A stretch of 64,000 nt of DNA from Myxococcota bacterium. GTDB lineage: Bacteria; Myxococcota_A; UBA9160; UBA6930. Of this stretch, positions 19,770 to 29,874 are shown one piece after another. The notes beneath the pieces were generated by a model. It ran no database searches. It was given only the letters and a program-made list of their open reading frames with translations, and had not been told where the DNA came from. The position numbers and the translations under genes are program-made. Where the stretch lies: assembly GCA_965223415.1 (NCBI GenBank), contig OZ245002.1, forward strand, positions 2,560,001 to 2,624,000. Reading direction: 5' to 3'. Position 1 is the stretch's first letter. Every line of letters begins with the position of its first letter.

Positions 19770-19976
19770 GGGAACGTCCTTCGGAAGCGGCGCGCTGCGC
19801 CGGTGGAGATCGAGACGAATGGGTGCGGGCGCGCGGAGGACTCCGCGCGCCAGGGAGTTGATGGGGGCCGCGGGGCCCCTGTCCCTGGGAAGCCGGTCAG
19901 CAGCGGAGCTTCGCTTCCATTCGGATCTCCATCTCGAAGGACCGCTCCAGGCTACCCCACGCCGATCGGCCGGCAA
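19770..19976 (-). promoter_or_regulatory. Structured 5' leader with uORF MEIRMEAKLRC (19932..19897), putative translational attenuator
   Basis: TTGCCG-N16-TAGCCT promoter; nested complementary segments pair the uORF region with the GNAT RBS. Confidence 0.6.
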
Positions 19977-19982
19977 GCGCCC

Positions 19983-20819
19983 CTAGGGCTTCGTCTTGGA
20001 CCGGTAGCCGGGCACGCGGCTGCGGGCGTGCTCGAAGACGGCGGTGACCCGATCCACCGAGGCGCCGAGCTCGCCGGCACTCCGGCCCGGGGAACCCAGC
20101 ACCTCCTCGAGCAGCTCCCGGTCCGAGGCGGAGAAGACGGCCAGGGCGACCTTGTCGCTCAGGAAGTAGCGGCCCTCCACCGCGTGCATCACCTGGACCA
20201 GGCAGGCCGTGGCGCGGCCCAGACAGCCGGCGGTGGCGTAGACGTCGCCCCGCGGCGCGTGGCCGCGGGCCTGGAGCAGGGTGAACTCGGCGAGCCACAG
20301 GTAGTCGTGCTGCAGGCGCTCGCGGAGGGCGGGCGGATAGGTCGCGACCCGGGCCTTCAGCGCCGCGAGCCGGGCCTCGGGATCCTGGAGGGGTCGGCAG
20401 ACGTCGAGCTCCGCGAGCAATGTCACGCTGAAGAAGCCGTGGGGCGGCTGCTGGCCCGCGTGCCACTGGTGCTCGCCGCGCTCGGCCGCGTCGATCTCGC
20501 GGCCGAGGCGGTCGAGGCTGCGGTAGATCCAGTCGACCCGCTGCCCGCCGACCGTGAGCCAGGCCCCTCCGTCCATCCAGGGGCCCCACACGCCAGGCTC
20601 GGTCACGCTGGCCGCGCCCGCCGGGTCGAGCCGGGCTGCCAGCTCGCGCAGGGCGCCGATGTCCAGCGGTGCAGCCTCCCGATAGTAGACGCCGACGTCG
20701 AGATCGGATCCGGCGCGGGCCGTGCCGGCGGCGTGGGAGCCGCCGAGGGCCACGGCCGCGACACCCGGGATCTGCGCGAGCCCCTCGCTCACCCGTGCGA
20801 GGAGCGCCTCGTGCTCCAC
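19983..20819 (-). CDS. Nucleotidyltransferase domain protein (DUF4037-like)
   Basis: ALGGSHAAG...SDLDVGVYY; WGPWMDGGAWL; VDWIYR. Confidence 0.85.
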   Translation of the reverse strand: MEHEALLARVSEGLAQIPGVAAVALGGSHAAGTARAGSDLDVGVYYREAAPLDIGALRELAARLDPAGAASVTEPGVWGPWMDGGAWLTVGGQRVDWIYRSLDRLGREIDAAERGEHQWHAGQQPPHGFFSVTLLAELDVCRPLQDPEARLAALKARVATYPPALRERLQHDYLWLAEFTLLQARGHAPRGDVYATAGCLGRATACLVQVMHAVEGRYFLSDKVALAVFSASDRELLEEVLGSPGRSAGELGASVDRVTAVFEHARSRVPGYRSKTKP

Positions 20820-20821
20820 CC

Positions 20822-22162
20822 TCAGAACTCCGCGTAGCCCGGCACGCGCGGAAACGGGATGACGTCCCGGATGTTCGCCATGCCGGTCGCGAACTGCACG
20901 AGCCGCTCGAAGCCCAGGCCGAAGCCCGCGTGGGGCACCGAGCCGTAGCGGCGGAGGTCCAGGTACCAGCCGTACTCGTCGCGATCGAGCCCGTGGGCGT
21001 CCATTCGCCCGGCCAGCACGTCGTGGCGGTGCTCGCGCTGGGAGCCCCCGACGATCTCGCCGATGCGCGGCACGAGCACGTCCATGGCCCGCACCGTCCG
21101 CCCGTCATCGTTGGCGTACATGTAGAAGGCCTTGATCTCGGCGGGGTAGTCGGTGACCACCAGCGGCTTCTGCACGAGCTCTTCGGTGAGCCAGCGCTCG
21201 TGCTCGCTCTGCAGGTCCGCGCCCCAGCGCACCGGGTACTCGAAGCTCCTCCCGCACTTCTCGAGGCGCTCCACCGCCTCGCTGTAGGTCATGTGCTCGA
21301 AGGACGTCTCCACCACGTGCTCGAGGGCGCGGGCCACGCCCTTCTCGATGCGCTCGTCGAAGAAGGCCATGTCCTCGGGGCACTCGTCGAGGATCGCCTT
21401 CAGCACGTCGCGCAGGAACGCCTCCGCCAGCTCGGCGTTGCCGCGCAGGTCGCAGAAGGCCATCTCCGGCTCGACCATCCAGAACTCCGCCAGGTGACGG
21501 CTGGTGTTCGAGTTCTCCGCACGGAAGGTCGGGCCGAAGGTGTAGACGTTCGTGAGGGCGAGGGCGCCGATCTCCGCCTCGAGCTGGCCCGAAACCGTGA
21601 GCCGGGTGGGACGCCCGAAGAACGCCTCGCCGGCCTCGATCTCGAACATCTCCCCGGCGCCTTCCGCATCGGCGCCGGTGAGGATCGGCGTGTGCAGCCA
21701 CAGGAAGCCTCGCTCCTGGAAGAAGCGATGGATGGCGCGGGCCGCCACGTTGCGCACGCGGAAGACGGCGCCTAGCGAGTTGGTGCGAGGCCGCAGGTGG
21801 GCGATGGTGCGTAGGTACTCGAAGGAGTGCCGCTTCTTCTGGAGCGGGTAGTCGTCGGCCGCCGCGCCGACCACCTCGACCCGTGCGGCGCGCAGCTCGA
21901 CCCGCTGGCCCTTGCCCGGGGACTCGACCAGCTCGCCGGCCACCCGCACCGCCCAGCCCGTGCCGAGGTGACGCACCTCCTCCTCGTAGTTCCCGAGCTC
22001 CGGTGGCGCCACGACCTGGAGACCCGCCAGGCTCGAGCCGTCGCTCAGGTCGAGGAACGAGAGCCCCTTCGAGTGGCGGGCAGAACGCAGCCAGCCCTGG
22101 ACCGTGACCTCGTCGCCGGCCCGGCCGGCGTCGAGGACGGACTTCACGCTCGGCGTGCTCAT
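20822..22162 (-). CDS. asnS: Asparagine--tRNA ligase
   Basis: [64 protein letters not shown]. Confidence 0.95.
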   Translation of the reverse strand: MSTPSVKSVLDAGRAGDEVTVQGWLRSARHSKGLSFLDLSDGSSLAGLQVVAPPELGNYEEEVRHLGTGWAVRVAGELVESPGKGQRVELRAARVEVVGAAADDYPLQKKRHSFEYLRTIAHLRPRTNSLGAVFRVRNVAARAIHRFFQERGFLWLHTPILTGADAEGAGEMFEIEAGEAFFGRPTRLTVSGQLEAEIGALALTNVYTFGPTFRAENSNTSRHLAEFWMVEPEMAFCDLRGNAELAEAFLRDVLKAILDECPEDMAFFDERIEKGVARALEHVVETSFEHMTYSEAVERLEKCGRSFEYPVRWGADLQSEHERWLTEELVQKPLVVTDYPAEIKAFYMYANDDGRTVRAMDVLVPRIGEIVGGSQREHRHDVLAGRMDAHGLDRDEYGWYLDLRRYGSVPHAGFGLGFERLVQFATGMANIRDVIPFPRVPGYAEF

Positions 22163-23499
22163 GCAGCGACCTCCCGGGCAAGGCGCGTCCCGAGCTCCAG
22201 CAGCCGATCCGCGGCCTCCGGGACGAAGGTGGACTGGAGGATCTCGTAGCTCGCGGCGGCGCCGGGCTCCTCGAAGTTGCGGGGGTGGGGGAGATAGCGG
22301 AGCCAGCCCCCGGCGATCGAGAGCACCGCCGCGTGGGGGTCGCCCATCCGCGCGGCCCAGTCCCGGCCGACGTCGACGGTGGGCTCGAGGGGCAGCGCCA
22401 GCAGACGCAGCGGACCGATGCCCAGGACCTGGACCGTCACCTCCGGCTCTTCGCCGAAAGCGAAGCGCCGGGCAGTGCGATCGCGGAGGTAGCGGCGCAC
22501 CCGGGCGATGCGGACGCGGCGCTCGTCGGGCGGGTAGGCCGCCGTGCGCTCGCTCTCGAGGCGGAAGAGCTCGGCGGTGCGCAGGTCCGTGTCGGGCGGG
22601 AGGTCGAGAGCGGCCAGGGCGTCGGCGCGCTCTTCCTCCCGCGGCGCGTGAGCGCGCAGGCGGAGCCCGCCGCGCGCCACACCGACCGGAACGTCGGGCT
22701 CCGTGGCGACGGCAGAGGCCACGCGCACCACCTCGTCGCCGACCTCCCGCCCCAGCTTCCGGACGGTCTCGAACCCCTCGCCGACGCTCTGGCCGACGAC
22801 GGCGAGATCCTGCAGGCCGCGGGTGCGGGGATCCACGTCGGCGTGGGCCGTCAGCAGGAAGATCGGATTCGTGCCGGGGAAGGCCTCCTCGATCGCCGCA
22901 CCCGCCGCCCAGGGCCAATCCGCCGACCAGGCCAGGTTGTCGTGGCCGAGCACCGTCGGGTGGCAGCCGTGGAGATAGACCACGGCCAGCGGCGCACCGG
23001 ATGCGGCCTGGTCGACCCGCAGCACGCGCAGGGTCTCGTCGACCGGGCCGTCGGCGACGCGGCGGTTGCGGCCGATGCGCGCGGTGCCGAAGCCCATGCC
23101 GAGCCGCGCCGGCCGGGCGTCGCCCACGGCGGCGACGCCGGCCCGCACCGCGGCGGCGAGGATGCCGCCCGTGTGGGCCGGCGGCGCGTCGTCGCGCATC
23201 AGGGCGGCGAAGCCGGTGTCCGGGCCCGAGTGGGTGTGGATGCAGGTCACCACCACGGCGCCCGGCTCGAGCCCGGTCTCCGCCGCGATCTCGCGGGCGA
23301 CCCGCTGGGCCTGGCTCGGCGCCAGGAGGCAGACCTCGAGGGAGACGATCAGAAGGGCGCCTTCGCCCGCGGCGAGGTAGAGCGCTCGCGCGTGCAGCGG
23401 GTCGTGGAGCGCCTGCGCCGGCTCGCGGCGGGCGCCGTAGCCCATCATCTCCGTCCCGATCTCGAGCGGGAGCGGGACCCGACTCGTTCCGGCTCTCAA
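22159..23499 (-). CDS. Neutral/alkaline ceramidase-like amidohydrolase
   Basis: [42 protein letters not shown] start inferred. Confidence 0.7.
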   Translation of the reverse strand: MRAGTSRVPLPLEIGTEMMGYGARREPAQALHDPLHARALYLAAGEGALLIVSLEVCLLAPSQAQRVAREIAAETGLEPGAVVVTCIHTHSGPDTGFAALMRDDAPPAHTGGILAAAVRAGVAAVGDARPARLGMGFGTARIGRNRRVADGPVDETLRVLRVDQAASGAPLAVVYLHGCHPTVLGHDNLAWSADWPWAAGAAIEEAFPGTNPIFLLTAHADVDPRTRGLQDLAVVGQSVGEGFETVRKLGREVGDEVVRVASAVATEPDVPVGVARGGLRLRAHAPREEERADALAALDLPPDTDLRTAELFRLESERTAAYPPDERRVRIARVRRYLRDRTARRFAFGEEPEVTVQVLGIGPLRLLALPLEPTVDVGRDWAARMGDPHAAVLSIAGGWLRYLPHPRNFEEPGAAASYEILQSTFVPEAADRLLELGTRLAREVAA

Positions 23500-23562
23500 G
23501 CAGCTCCCCCCTGGATGGGAGGGAGCATACCGGCGGCTACGCTCGCGTGGGGGGGGAGAGCG

Positions 23563-25044
23563 ATGTCGGACGAGGGTCCGCGGAGCGTCGAGTACCAGTC
23601 CGTCGACCCGGACTACTTCGCCGAGCGGGGCCTGCGTCGCTACGCCGGCGTGGGCTCGCTCTGGGCGCTGGGCGTGGGCGCCGTGATCTCCGGCGACTTC
23701 TTCGGCTGGAACTTCGGCCTGGCCGCCGGCGGCTTCGGCGGCCTGCTGGTGGCGACGGTCGTGATCACGCTGATGTACGTGGGGCTGTGCTTCAGCATCG
23801 CCGAGATGTCGCCCGCCCTGCCCCACACCGGCGGCGCCTACTCCTTCGCCCGCTCGTCCATGGGGCCTTGGGGCGCCTTCGTCACCGGCATGGCAGAGAA
23901 CATGGAGTACGTGCTCACCCCGGCCGTCATCGTCGTCGGCATCGGCGGCTACCTGGGCGCCATCTTCGGCACGCCGGACGCCTGGGCGCCGGCCTGGTGG
24001 GCGCTGGCCTACGCGGTGTTCGTGGGCCTCAACGTGGCGGGGGTGGAGACGAGCTTCCGCTTCACCATGGCGATCACGCTGCTCGCCCTGGGCATCCTCT
24101 TCGTGTTCTACGCGGCAGCGCTGCCCCAGCTCGACCTGTCCCGCTTCGCCTTCGACGTGGCCGTCCAGGAGGGGGGCAGCGCCTTCCTGCCGATGGGCTG
24201 GAAGGGCGTCCTCGCCGCCCTTCCCTTCGCCATCTGGTTCTACCTGGCGATCGAAGAGCTGCCCCTCGCCGCCGAGGAGAGCCACGATCCCAGGACGGAC
24301 ATGCCCCGCGGCATCCTGCTGGGTCTGCTCACCCTGGTGGTCTGCCCCTTCGCCACCCTGGTGCTCTCGGCGGGCATCGCGCCCGGCGCGGCGGCGCTCG
24401 GCACCTCGGAGGAGCCGCTCTTCGACGGCCTGCGCACCCTCTTCGGCGCGGGCCTCGGCACGCGCCTGCTCGCCCTGATCGCGGTGGCGGGGCTGGTCGC
24501 GAGCTTCCACACCATCATCTTTGCCTACGGGCGACAGGTGTACTCGCTCTCGCGGGCCGGCTACTTCCCGCGCTGGCTCTCGGTGACGCACCGGACCCGC
24601 GAGACGCCGCACCGCGCGCTCATCGCGGGTGCGCTGCTCGGCTACGGCGTGGCCTACGCCATCCACCGACTGGGCCCGGAGCACCCGGTGGGCGCGGTGC
24701 TGCTGAACATGGCGGTCTTCGGCGCCGTCATCTCCTACGTGCTGCAGATGGCGTCCTACGTGCTGCTGCGCATCCGGCTGCCGGACATCGAGCGGCCCTA
24801 CCGGAGCCCGTTCGGGATTCCCGGCGCGCTCTTCGCCGGCGCGGTGGCGATGGTCACGCTCGTGGCGTTGTTCGTGGTCGACGCGGTCTACCAGCAGGTC
24901 GTGGTCGGCGCCGCGATCTGGTACGCGCTCGGGCTGCTCTACTTCGGACTGCACGCTCGACACCATTTGGTGTATTCCCCTGAAGAGGCCTTCGCCGCCC
25001 GGGCCCTGGGCGAACGCGAAGAGGACCGGGAGATCGCACCGTGA
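23563..25044 (+). CDS. APC amino acid permease (ethanolamine permease-like)
   Basis: LWALGVGAVISGDFFGWNFGL; PFAIWFYLAIEELPLAAEE; GLVASFH; RPYRSP. Confidence 0.85.
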   Translation: MSDEGPRSVEYQSVDPDYFAERGLRRYAGVGSLWALGVGAVISGDFFGWNFGLAAGGFGGLLVATVVITLMYVGLCFSIAEMSPALPHTGGAYSFARSSMGPWGAFVTGMAENMEYVLTPAVIVVGIGGYLGAIFGTPDAWAPAWWALAYAVFVGLNVAGVETSFRFTMAITLLALGILFVFYAAALPQLDLSRFAFDVAVQEGGSAFLPMGWKGVLAALPFAIWFYLAIEELPLAAEESHDPRTDMPRGILLGLLTLVVCPFATLVLSAGIAPGAAALGTSEEPLFDGLRTLFGAGLGTRLLALIAVAGLVASFHTIIFAYGRQVYSLSRAGYFPRWLSVTHRTRETPHRALIAGALLGYGVAYAIHRLGPEHPVGAVLLNMAVFGAVISYVLQMASYVLLRIRLPDIERPYRSPFGIPGALFAGAVAMVTLVALFVVDAVYQQVVVGAAIWYALGLLYFGLHARHHLVYSPEEAFAARALGEREEDREIAP

Positions 25045-25859
25045 CCGGAAGGACCCGAACCCTCGCCCTCGTCGCTCTCGTCGTGCTGGCCGGAGCGCTC
25101 GCCGCCACCGCCCGGGCCGAGCGGGCCATGGAGGTGGTCCGGCCGGCCCACCGCCTCGCCGAGGAGCTGGTGCCGATCGCCCAGGCGGCGCTCGGCGAAG
25201 AAGGCACGGCCACCGCGGATCCGGCGACGAACAGCCTGCTCCTGGCTGGCGAGCGCCCGGCGGTGGAGCGCGCGAAGGCGCTGGTGCAGGCCCAGGACCG
25301 CCCGCGAAAGAGCGTCACGCTCCACTGGAGCGTCCGGGACCAGGCGGAGCTGGCGGGTGCCGGCGTGCGGGTGGACTGGAGCGCCGGGAGCGGCTCGTTG
25401 CGCGTCGGCACCCTACGCTTCCCGGAGGATCGCGTGGAGGTCGCCGCCGAGATCCTGCGCACCGAGCGCGAGCGGCGGCTCGAGGGCGTGCTCCGCGTGC
25501 TGGACGGGGAGACCGGCCGGATCGGTGCGGGCCACACGGTGCCGGTGACCACCCGGGACGGCTACGGCGGCACCTCAACGGCGTTCGTCACCGGGGAGCG
25601 GGGCTTCGAGGCCACGCCGCGGATCCTCGGGAGCGGCCGTGTGCGGGTCGACCTCCTGCCGATGGACGCACGGGTCGACCGGGCCGGCAACGTGGCCTTC
25701 GCCGCTGCCGCCACCCGGGTGGAGCTCGAGCCGGGCGAGACCGTCGCTCTGGGCTCCCTGGGCGAGCGCCGGGACGCCGGGCAGCGGGGCAGCCGGGTGC
25801 TCTCCACGAATCGCCTCCGTGAGGAACGGGTCTTCCTCCTACGCGTCGAGCTGGACTGA
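25041..25859 (+). CDS. Secretin N-terminal (NolW-like) domain protein
   Basis: Signal peptide; HRLAEELVP; ADPATNSLLL; LRVLDGETGRI; GFEATPRI. Confidence 0.65.
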   Translation: MTGRTRTLALVALVVLAGALAATARAERAMEVVRPAHRLAEELVPIAQAALGEEGTATADPATNSLLLAGERPAVERAKALVQAQDRPRKSVTLHWSVRDQAELAGAGVRVDWSAGSGSLRVGTLRFPEDRVEVAAEILRTERERRLEGVLRVLDGETGRIGAGHTVPVTTRDGYGGTSTAFVTGERGFEATPRILGSGRVRVDLLPMDARVDRAGNVAFAAAATRVELEPGETVALGSLGERRDAGQRGSRVLSTNRLREERVFLLRVELD

Positions 25860-25890
25860 AGTCCCGAGGCCGCCGCGCCGATGGGAACGC

Positions 25891-27462
25891 GTGAGCGATC
25901 GCCCCATCCGCACGCTGATGGTCGAGGCCGCCCCCCCGGCCGAGGGCTACGACGAAGCCCTCGCCGAAGCCGGGCTCGCCGTCGCCCGGGCGCCGAACCT
26001 CGACGCGGCCCTCGAGCGGCTGCGCTCCGATGCCTTCGACGTCGCCGTACTGAGCCATCCACTCCCCAGCAGCGACCTCATCGCCGGCTGCGCCGCGCTG
26101 CGCTCGCTGGCAGAGGCTCCTCCCCTCGTGCTGCTCGACGCCACGGAACAGTCGGCGGAGCTCGAGCGACTGGTGCCGGAGGCCATGCAGCCGAGCCTCG
26201 TGCTGCCCCGGCCCGTGGATGCGGTGAAGCTCGCGGAAGAGCTGCGGACCCTCCTCGACCGGCCGGCGCCGAAGACGAAGCGGAGGCCGGATGCTCCCCT
26301 CGTGCTGGCCCGCGTCGTGATGAACCTGTGCTCCGAGCGTGCGACCGGCGTGCTCGACGTGCGGGGCGAAGGGCGACGAACTCATATCCGCTTCGCCGAC
26401 GGACGCGTCGTGATGGCCGAAGGGGGATCGCTCCGCGAGAGCCTCGGCCGCATCCTCCTCCGCCGGGGCGAGCTGTCCGAGGGAGACTACGTCCGGGTGA
26501 TCGAGCGCATGACCGAGCGCGTGTACGAGCACGAGCCGGTGCGCATGGGCGAGGTGCTCGTCGAGCTCGGCCTGTTCACACCGGAGGAGGTGTTCGACGC
26601 CCTTCGGAGCCAGGTGAGCGAGAAGATCGTCGCGAGCTTCCGCACCTACGTGAGCCACGAGTTCCGCGAGGAAGAGCCGGAGACCGAGGTCGGCGGCTTC
26701 GGGCTGCCCGGGCCGGAGGCCCTCGTCGCCCTCGCGCTGACGACCTACCTGCGGGTGGAGGTCGCCCGCACCGCAGTCGAAGCCCAGCTCGAGGGCACTC
26801 CGCGGCTCGCCGCACCGCCCAGCTTCGTCGCCTCGCGGCTCGAGCTCGGAGCAGAGCAGGTCGCGCCGCTGCAGAGCGTCGATGGCACCCGCGGCGTGGG
26901 CGAGCTGCTGGCGGCCGTCGATGCGCGAATCCTGGCGACGCTGGAAGTGACGGGGCAGCTCGCGGCTCCCGCGCCTCCGGCCCGCCCGGAGCCCCCGCGG
27001 CGGCCACGGGCGCGACGCGCCCCGCCGACGCCGCGCGCCGAGTCCACCCCCCCGGCCTCCGCCGAGGATCGGGCCCGCGCCCGCCTCGAGGGAGAGCGGG
27101 CGTTCCGCCTGGGCCAGGAGCACCTGGCCGCCGACCGGGTCGCCGAGGCGCGCGAAGCCTTCGCCCGCGCCGTCGAGCTCGAACCCCTCGAGGCCGAGTA
27201 CCACATGTACGACACCTGGGCGTCCTACCTGTGCGCCCGCGTCGAGGTGCGCGTCCAGCGGGCCAAGCTCACCGCCTGTGCCCGCAAGGTAGCCGAAGAG
27301 GACGAGGCCTCTGGGCGCGCCCACACCATCCTGGGCCTGCTCGCCCTGGAAGAGGACGACCGCGCCCTCGCCCGCAAGGAGTTCCGCGCCGCCCTGCTCC
27401 GCGACCCCGACGACCAGGAAGCCCGGGCCGCCCTCGACCGCCTCGACACCCCCGCGACCTAG
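25891..27462 (+). CDS. Degenerate receiver + DUF4388-like + TPR protein
   Basis: Receiver-like N-terminus; ERATGVL...IRFADGRVV...ESLGRILLRRG; RMGEVLVELG; C-terminal TPRs. Confidence 0.7.
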   Translation: MSDRPIRTLMVEAAPPAEGYDEALAEAGLAVARAPNLDAALERLRSDAFDVAVLSHPLPSSDLIAGCAALRSLAEAPPLVLLDATEQSAELERLVPEAMQPSLVLPRPVDAVKLAEELRTLLDRPAPKTKRRPDAPLVLARVVMNLCSERATGVLDVRGEGRRTHIRFADGRVVMAEGGSLRESLGRILLRRGELSEGDYVRVIERMTERVYEHEPVRMGEVLVELGLFTPEEVFDALRSQVSEKIVASFRTYVSHEFREEEPETEVGGFGLPGPEALVALALTTYLRVEVARTAVEAQLEGTPRLAAPPSFVASRLELGAEQVAPLQSVDGTRGVGELLAAVDARILATLEVTGQLAAPAPPARPEPPRRPRARRAPPTPRAESTPPASAEDRARARLEGERAFRLGQEHLAADRVAEAREAFARAVELEPLEAEYHMYDTWASYLCARVEVRVQRAKLTACARKVAEEDEASGRAHTILGLLALEEDDRALARKEFRAALLRDPDDQEARAALDRLDTPAT

Positions 27463-27470
27463 GCCAACAG

Positions 27471-27544
27471 CGCAAGACTGGGGACGTTCCTTGCAACTTG
27501 CGTTCTTGAGAACGCAAGTTGCAAGGAACGTCCCCAGTCTTGCG
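27471..27544. repeat. Perfect 36-bp inverted repeat (REP-like, possible bidirectional terminator)
   Basis: CGCAAGACTGGGGACGTTCCTTGCAACTTGCGTTCT-TG-perfect reverse complement, between convergent genes. Confidence 0.9.
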
Positions 27545-27546
27545 TT

Positions 27547-28827
27547 TTAGGGGGTGCTCTTGCGGCGCTCGACTTCGATCTCGAGGCGCTTCTTCTGCTC
27601 GGCGCGGAAGGCGTCGATCTCGAGCTGGAGGCGGCGGATCTCGAGCTCCTTGTTCTGCTGGCGGATGCGGTCGAGCTCGGCCATGGAGCGATCGGCGAGG
27701 TCCTTGCGGGCAAAGTTGAGGTCGAACTCGACGCTGCCGCGCGTGCCGTCGGTAGCGAGGGCGGTCACGCGGACCCGGTTCTTGCCGTCCGCGACGGGGA
27801 CGTAGCCGGTGAAGCCGCCGTCAGGGCCGAGGCGCACGTCGGTGGAAAAATCGCCGGTCGTGAGGTTCGTGAACACCACGTCCTCGACGTTGGCGAAGGT
27901 GATGCCCTGGAGGAGCGTGACGATCTGCCCCGGCTTCTGCACCGGCGTGTAGGTGCCGAGGGCGACCCGCGCCATCTCCGTCATCACCTTCGGGTATTTG
28001 AGGGCTTGCGGGCCGAGGGCGTAGGCGTTGATCGAGATGCCGGCCTTGTGGGCCAGCTCGGCGGCGCGGATGGCCGCCTCCTTGTCGCCTTCGTCGATCT
28101 CGTCACCCCGGCCGACGGGGAGCGTCGGCGCGCCGTCCGACAGGAAGAGGATGACCCGCCGCACGCCCTCTCGCGGCCGACTCTCGGCACCGGACAGGCC
28201 GGCCAGCTCGCGGATCCCGATGCGGATGCCGGCCGCGTAGTTCGTCGCGCCGTTGGTGCCCCGCGCCAGCACCGCGCCGAGCGCTCGACTGACCACCGCG
28301 TAGTCCGCGACGAGGGGCACCTCGAGCCGGGCGTCCTCCTGGTCGATCCGGCGCCGCCGGGCGGTGACCGGATCGACGTCGCCGGAGAAGCTGACCACCC
28401 CGACCCGCACGCGGTCCGGATCCAGGCTCTCGAGGAGCGCGTGGGCGGCCTGCACCTGGGCGGCGAGGATCGTGTCGCCAGGGTCAGTGCTCCGCACGCT
28501 GTCGTCGTAGGCGCCGGGCGGAAGCAGCTCGTTGTGGGGGTTCACGCCGACGATGCCGTCGCCGTCCACGTCGATGCCGCTGGCGGTCCGCGTCGAGTGG
28601 GACACGTCGATGGCCAGCATCACGTCGAAGTGCTCGGGTCGTTCGCCCTGGGCGGCGGCGCTCCCAGTCAGCCGTGCCTGGTGGACGTGGCCCTGGACGG
28701 TGACCCCCGGCGCCGGCGACTCGATCTGCACGCGCACGACGTTCTCGGCGGCAGCGGAAATGCACGGGCCGAGCAGGAGCAGCGAAAGCCAAAGGACGCA
28801 GCACAGGCGCCGGGCGAACGGGATCAT
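27547..28827 (-). CDS. Secreted VWA domain protein
   Basis: Signal peptide; MIDAS-like DVSHST; GATNYAAGI; LFLSDG. Confidence 0.85.
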   Translation of the reverse strand: MIPFARRLCCVLWLSLLLLGPCISAAAENVVRVQIESPAPGVTVQGHVHQARLTGSAAAQGERPEHFDVMLAIDVSHSTRTASGIDVDGDGIVGVNPHNELLPPGAYDDSVRSTDPGDTILAAQVQAAHALLESLDPDRVRVGVVSFSGDVDPVTARRRRIDQEDARLEVPLVADYAVVSRALGAVLARGTNGATNYAAGIRIGIRELAGLSGAESRPREGVRRVILFLSDGAPTLPVGRGDEIDEGDKEAAIRAAELAHKAGISINAYALGPQALKYPKVMTEMARVALGTYTPVQKPGQIVTLLQGITFANVEDVVFTNLTTGDFSTDVRLGPDGGFTGYVPVADGKNRVRVTALATDGTRGSVEFDLNFARKDLADRSMAELDRIRQQNKELEIRRLQLEIDAFRAEQKKRLEIEVERRKSTP

Positions 28828-29609
28828 CTCACCTCGTAGGGATCGTAGGGATCGTCGTAGCGATCCTCGGGAGGAACCCACGAATCGTAGCCGTCGTCCC
28901 CGGGCTGGGAGTCGGCGGGCGGCTCCTCCTGCAGGGCGCGGTCGCGCTCGCGCAGGGCCTCGGTCGGCCGGATCTCGATCTCGACGCGCCGGTTCTGCTG
29001 GCGCCCCGCCGCGGTGTCGTTGCTGGCCAGGGGCAGATCCTCGCCGAAGCCGATCGCCTGCACCCGGGAGGCGGGCACGCCTTGGGCGACGAGGTAGCGG
29101 CGCACCGCGTCGGCCCGATCCTCACTGAGCCGCAGGTTCGCGGCGCGATCACCGCTCCCGTCGGTGTGCCCCTTCACGACCGCCTCCGTATCCGGGTAGC
29201 GCAGGAGCGTATCGGCGAGCCGATCCAGCCGGCTGTAGGCGCCCGGGTGCAGGGCGTAGGAACCGACGTCGAACAGCACGTCGCCTGGGAAGGCCACGAA
29301 CAGGCGATCCTCGCGCCGCTCGACTTCCGCATCGGGGATGGCGTCGATCTCCTGGGCCTGCTGGTCGAGGGTGCGACCGATCAAGCCGCCGGCCAGTCCG
29401 CCGACGGCGGCGCCGATCAGGGCGCCGCGGCCGCGCTTGTGGTCGTCGGCCGCGGCCCCGGCGGCAGCGCCGAGGATTGCCCCGGCGATGGCGCCCTGGG
29501 TGGACTTCTTGTCGAGGGCCGTGCCCGTGGTGGTCTGGCAGCCGCCCAACGGAAGGGCGGCGGCGAGCAGCGCGGAGAGAAGGAGCGAAGACCGTCGCAG
29601 GGGTGCCAT
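28824..29609 (-). CDS. OmpA family lipoprotein with glycine zipper
   Basis: LGGC lipobox; GAIAGAILGAAAG; GHTD..G...NLRLSEDRA; NRRVEI. Confidence 0.9.
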   Translation of the reverse strand: MAPLRRSSLLLSALLAAALPLGGCQTTTGTALDKKSTQGAIAGAILGAAAGAAADDHKRGRGALIGAAVGGLAGGLIGRTLDQQAQEIDAIPDAEVERREDRLFVAFPGDVLFDVGSYALHPGAYSRLDRLADTLLRYPDTEAVVKGHTDGSGDRAANLRLSEDRADAVRRYLVAQGVPASRVQAIGFGEDLPLASNDTAAGRQQNRRVEIEIRPTEALRERDRALQEEPPADSQPGDDGYDSWVPPEDRYDDPYDPYEVR

Positions 29610-29727
29610 GGAATCCTCCGAATGGACGCGAGCATAGGATGCAGCCGCTCGACAGGGCATTCGATCCCGCGGGGAGCCCCTAGGGGCTTCTGGAGGCGTC
29701 CCTCCGGGCGGGAAAACCGTCGGGGCA

Positions 29728-29835
29728 TTGACACTTCCTTCGGTGCTTCACCACTCCCTCTACAGGATGCCCCATCCCTGGCGGGGCTTCTCAAAGGTGG
29801 GAAGGCAGGGTCCCTTCGGGGGCCCTGCCTTCTGG
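29728..29835 (+). ncRNA. Candidate small RNA or structured leader
   Basis: TTGACA at 29728; small GCCCC..GGGGC hairpin; 14-bp stem with C(UUCG)G loop at 29801-29832. Confidence 0.3.
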
Positions 29836-29874
29836 CCGCCCTCCGAGCTCACCCCCCGGTCCCTGGAGCCCCCG

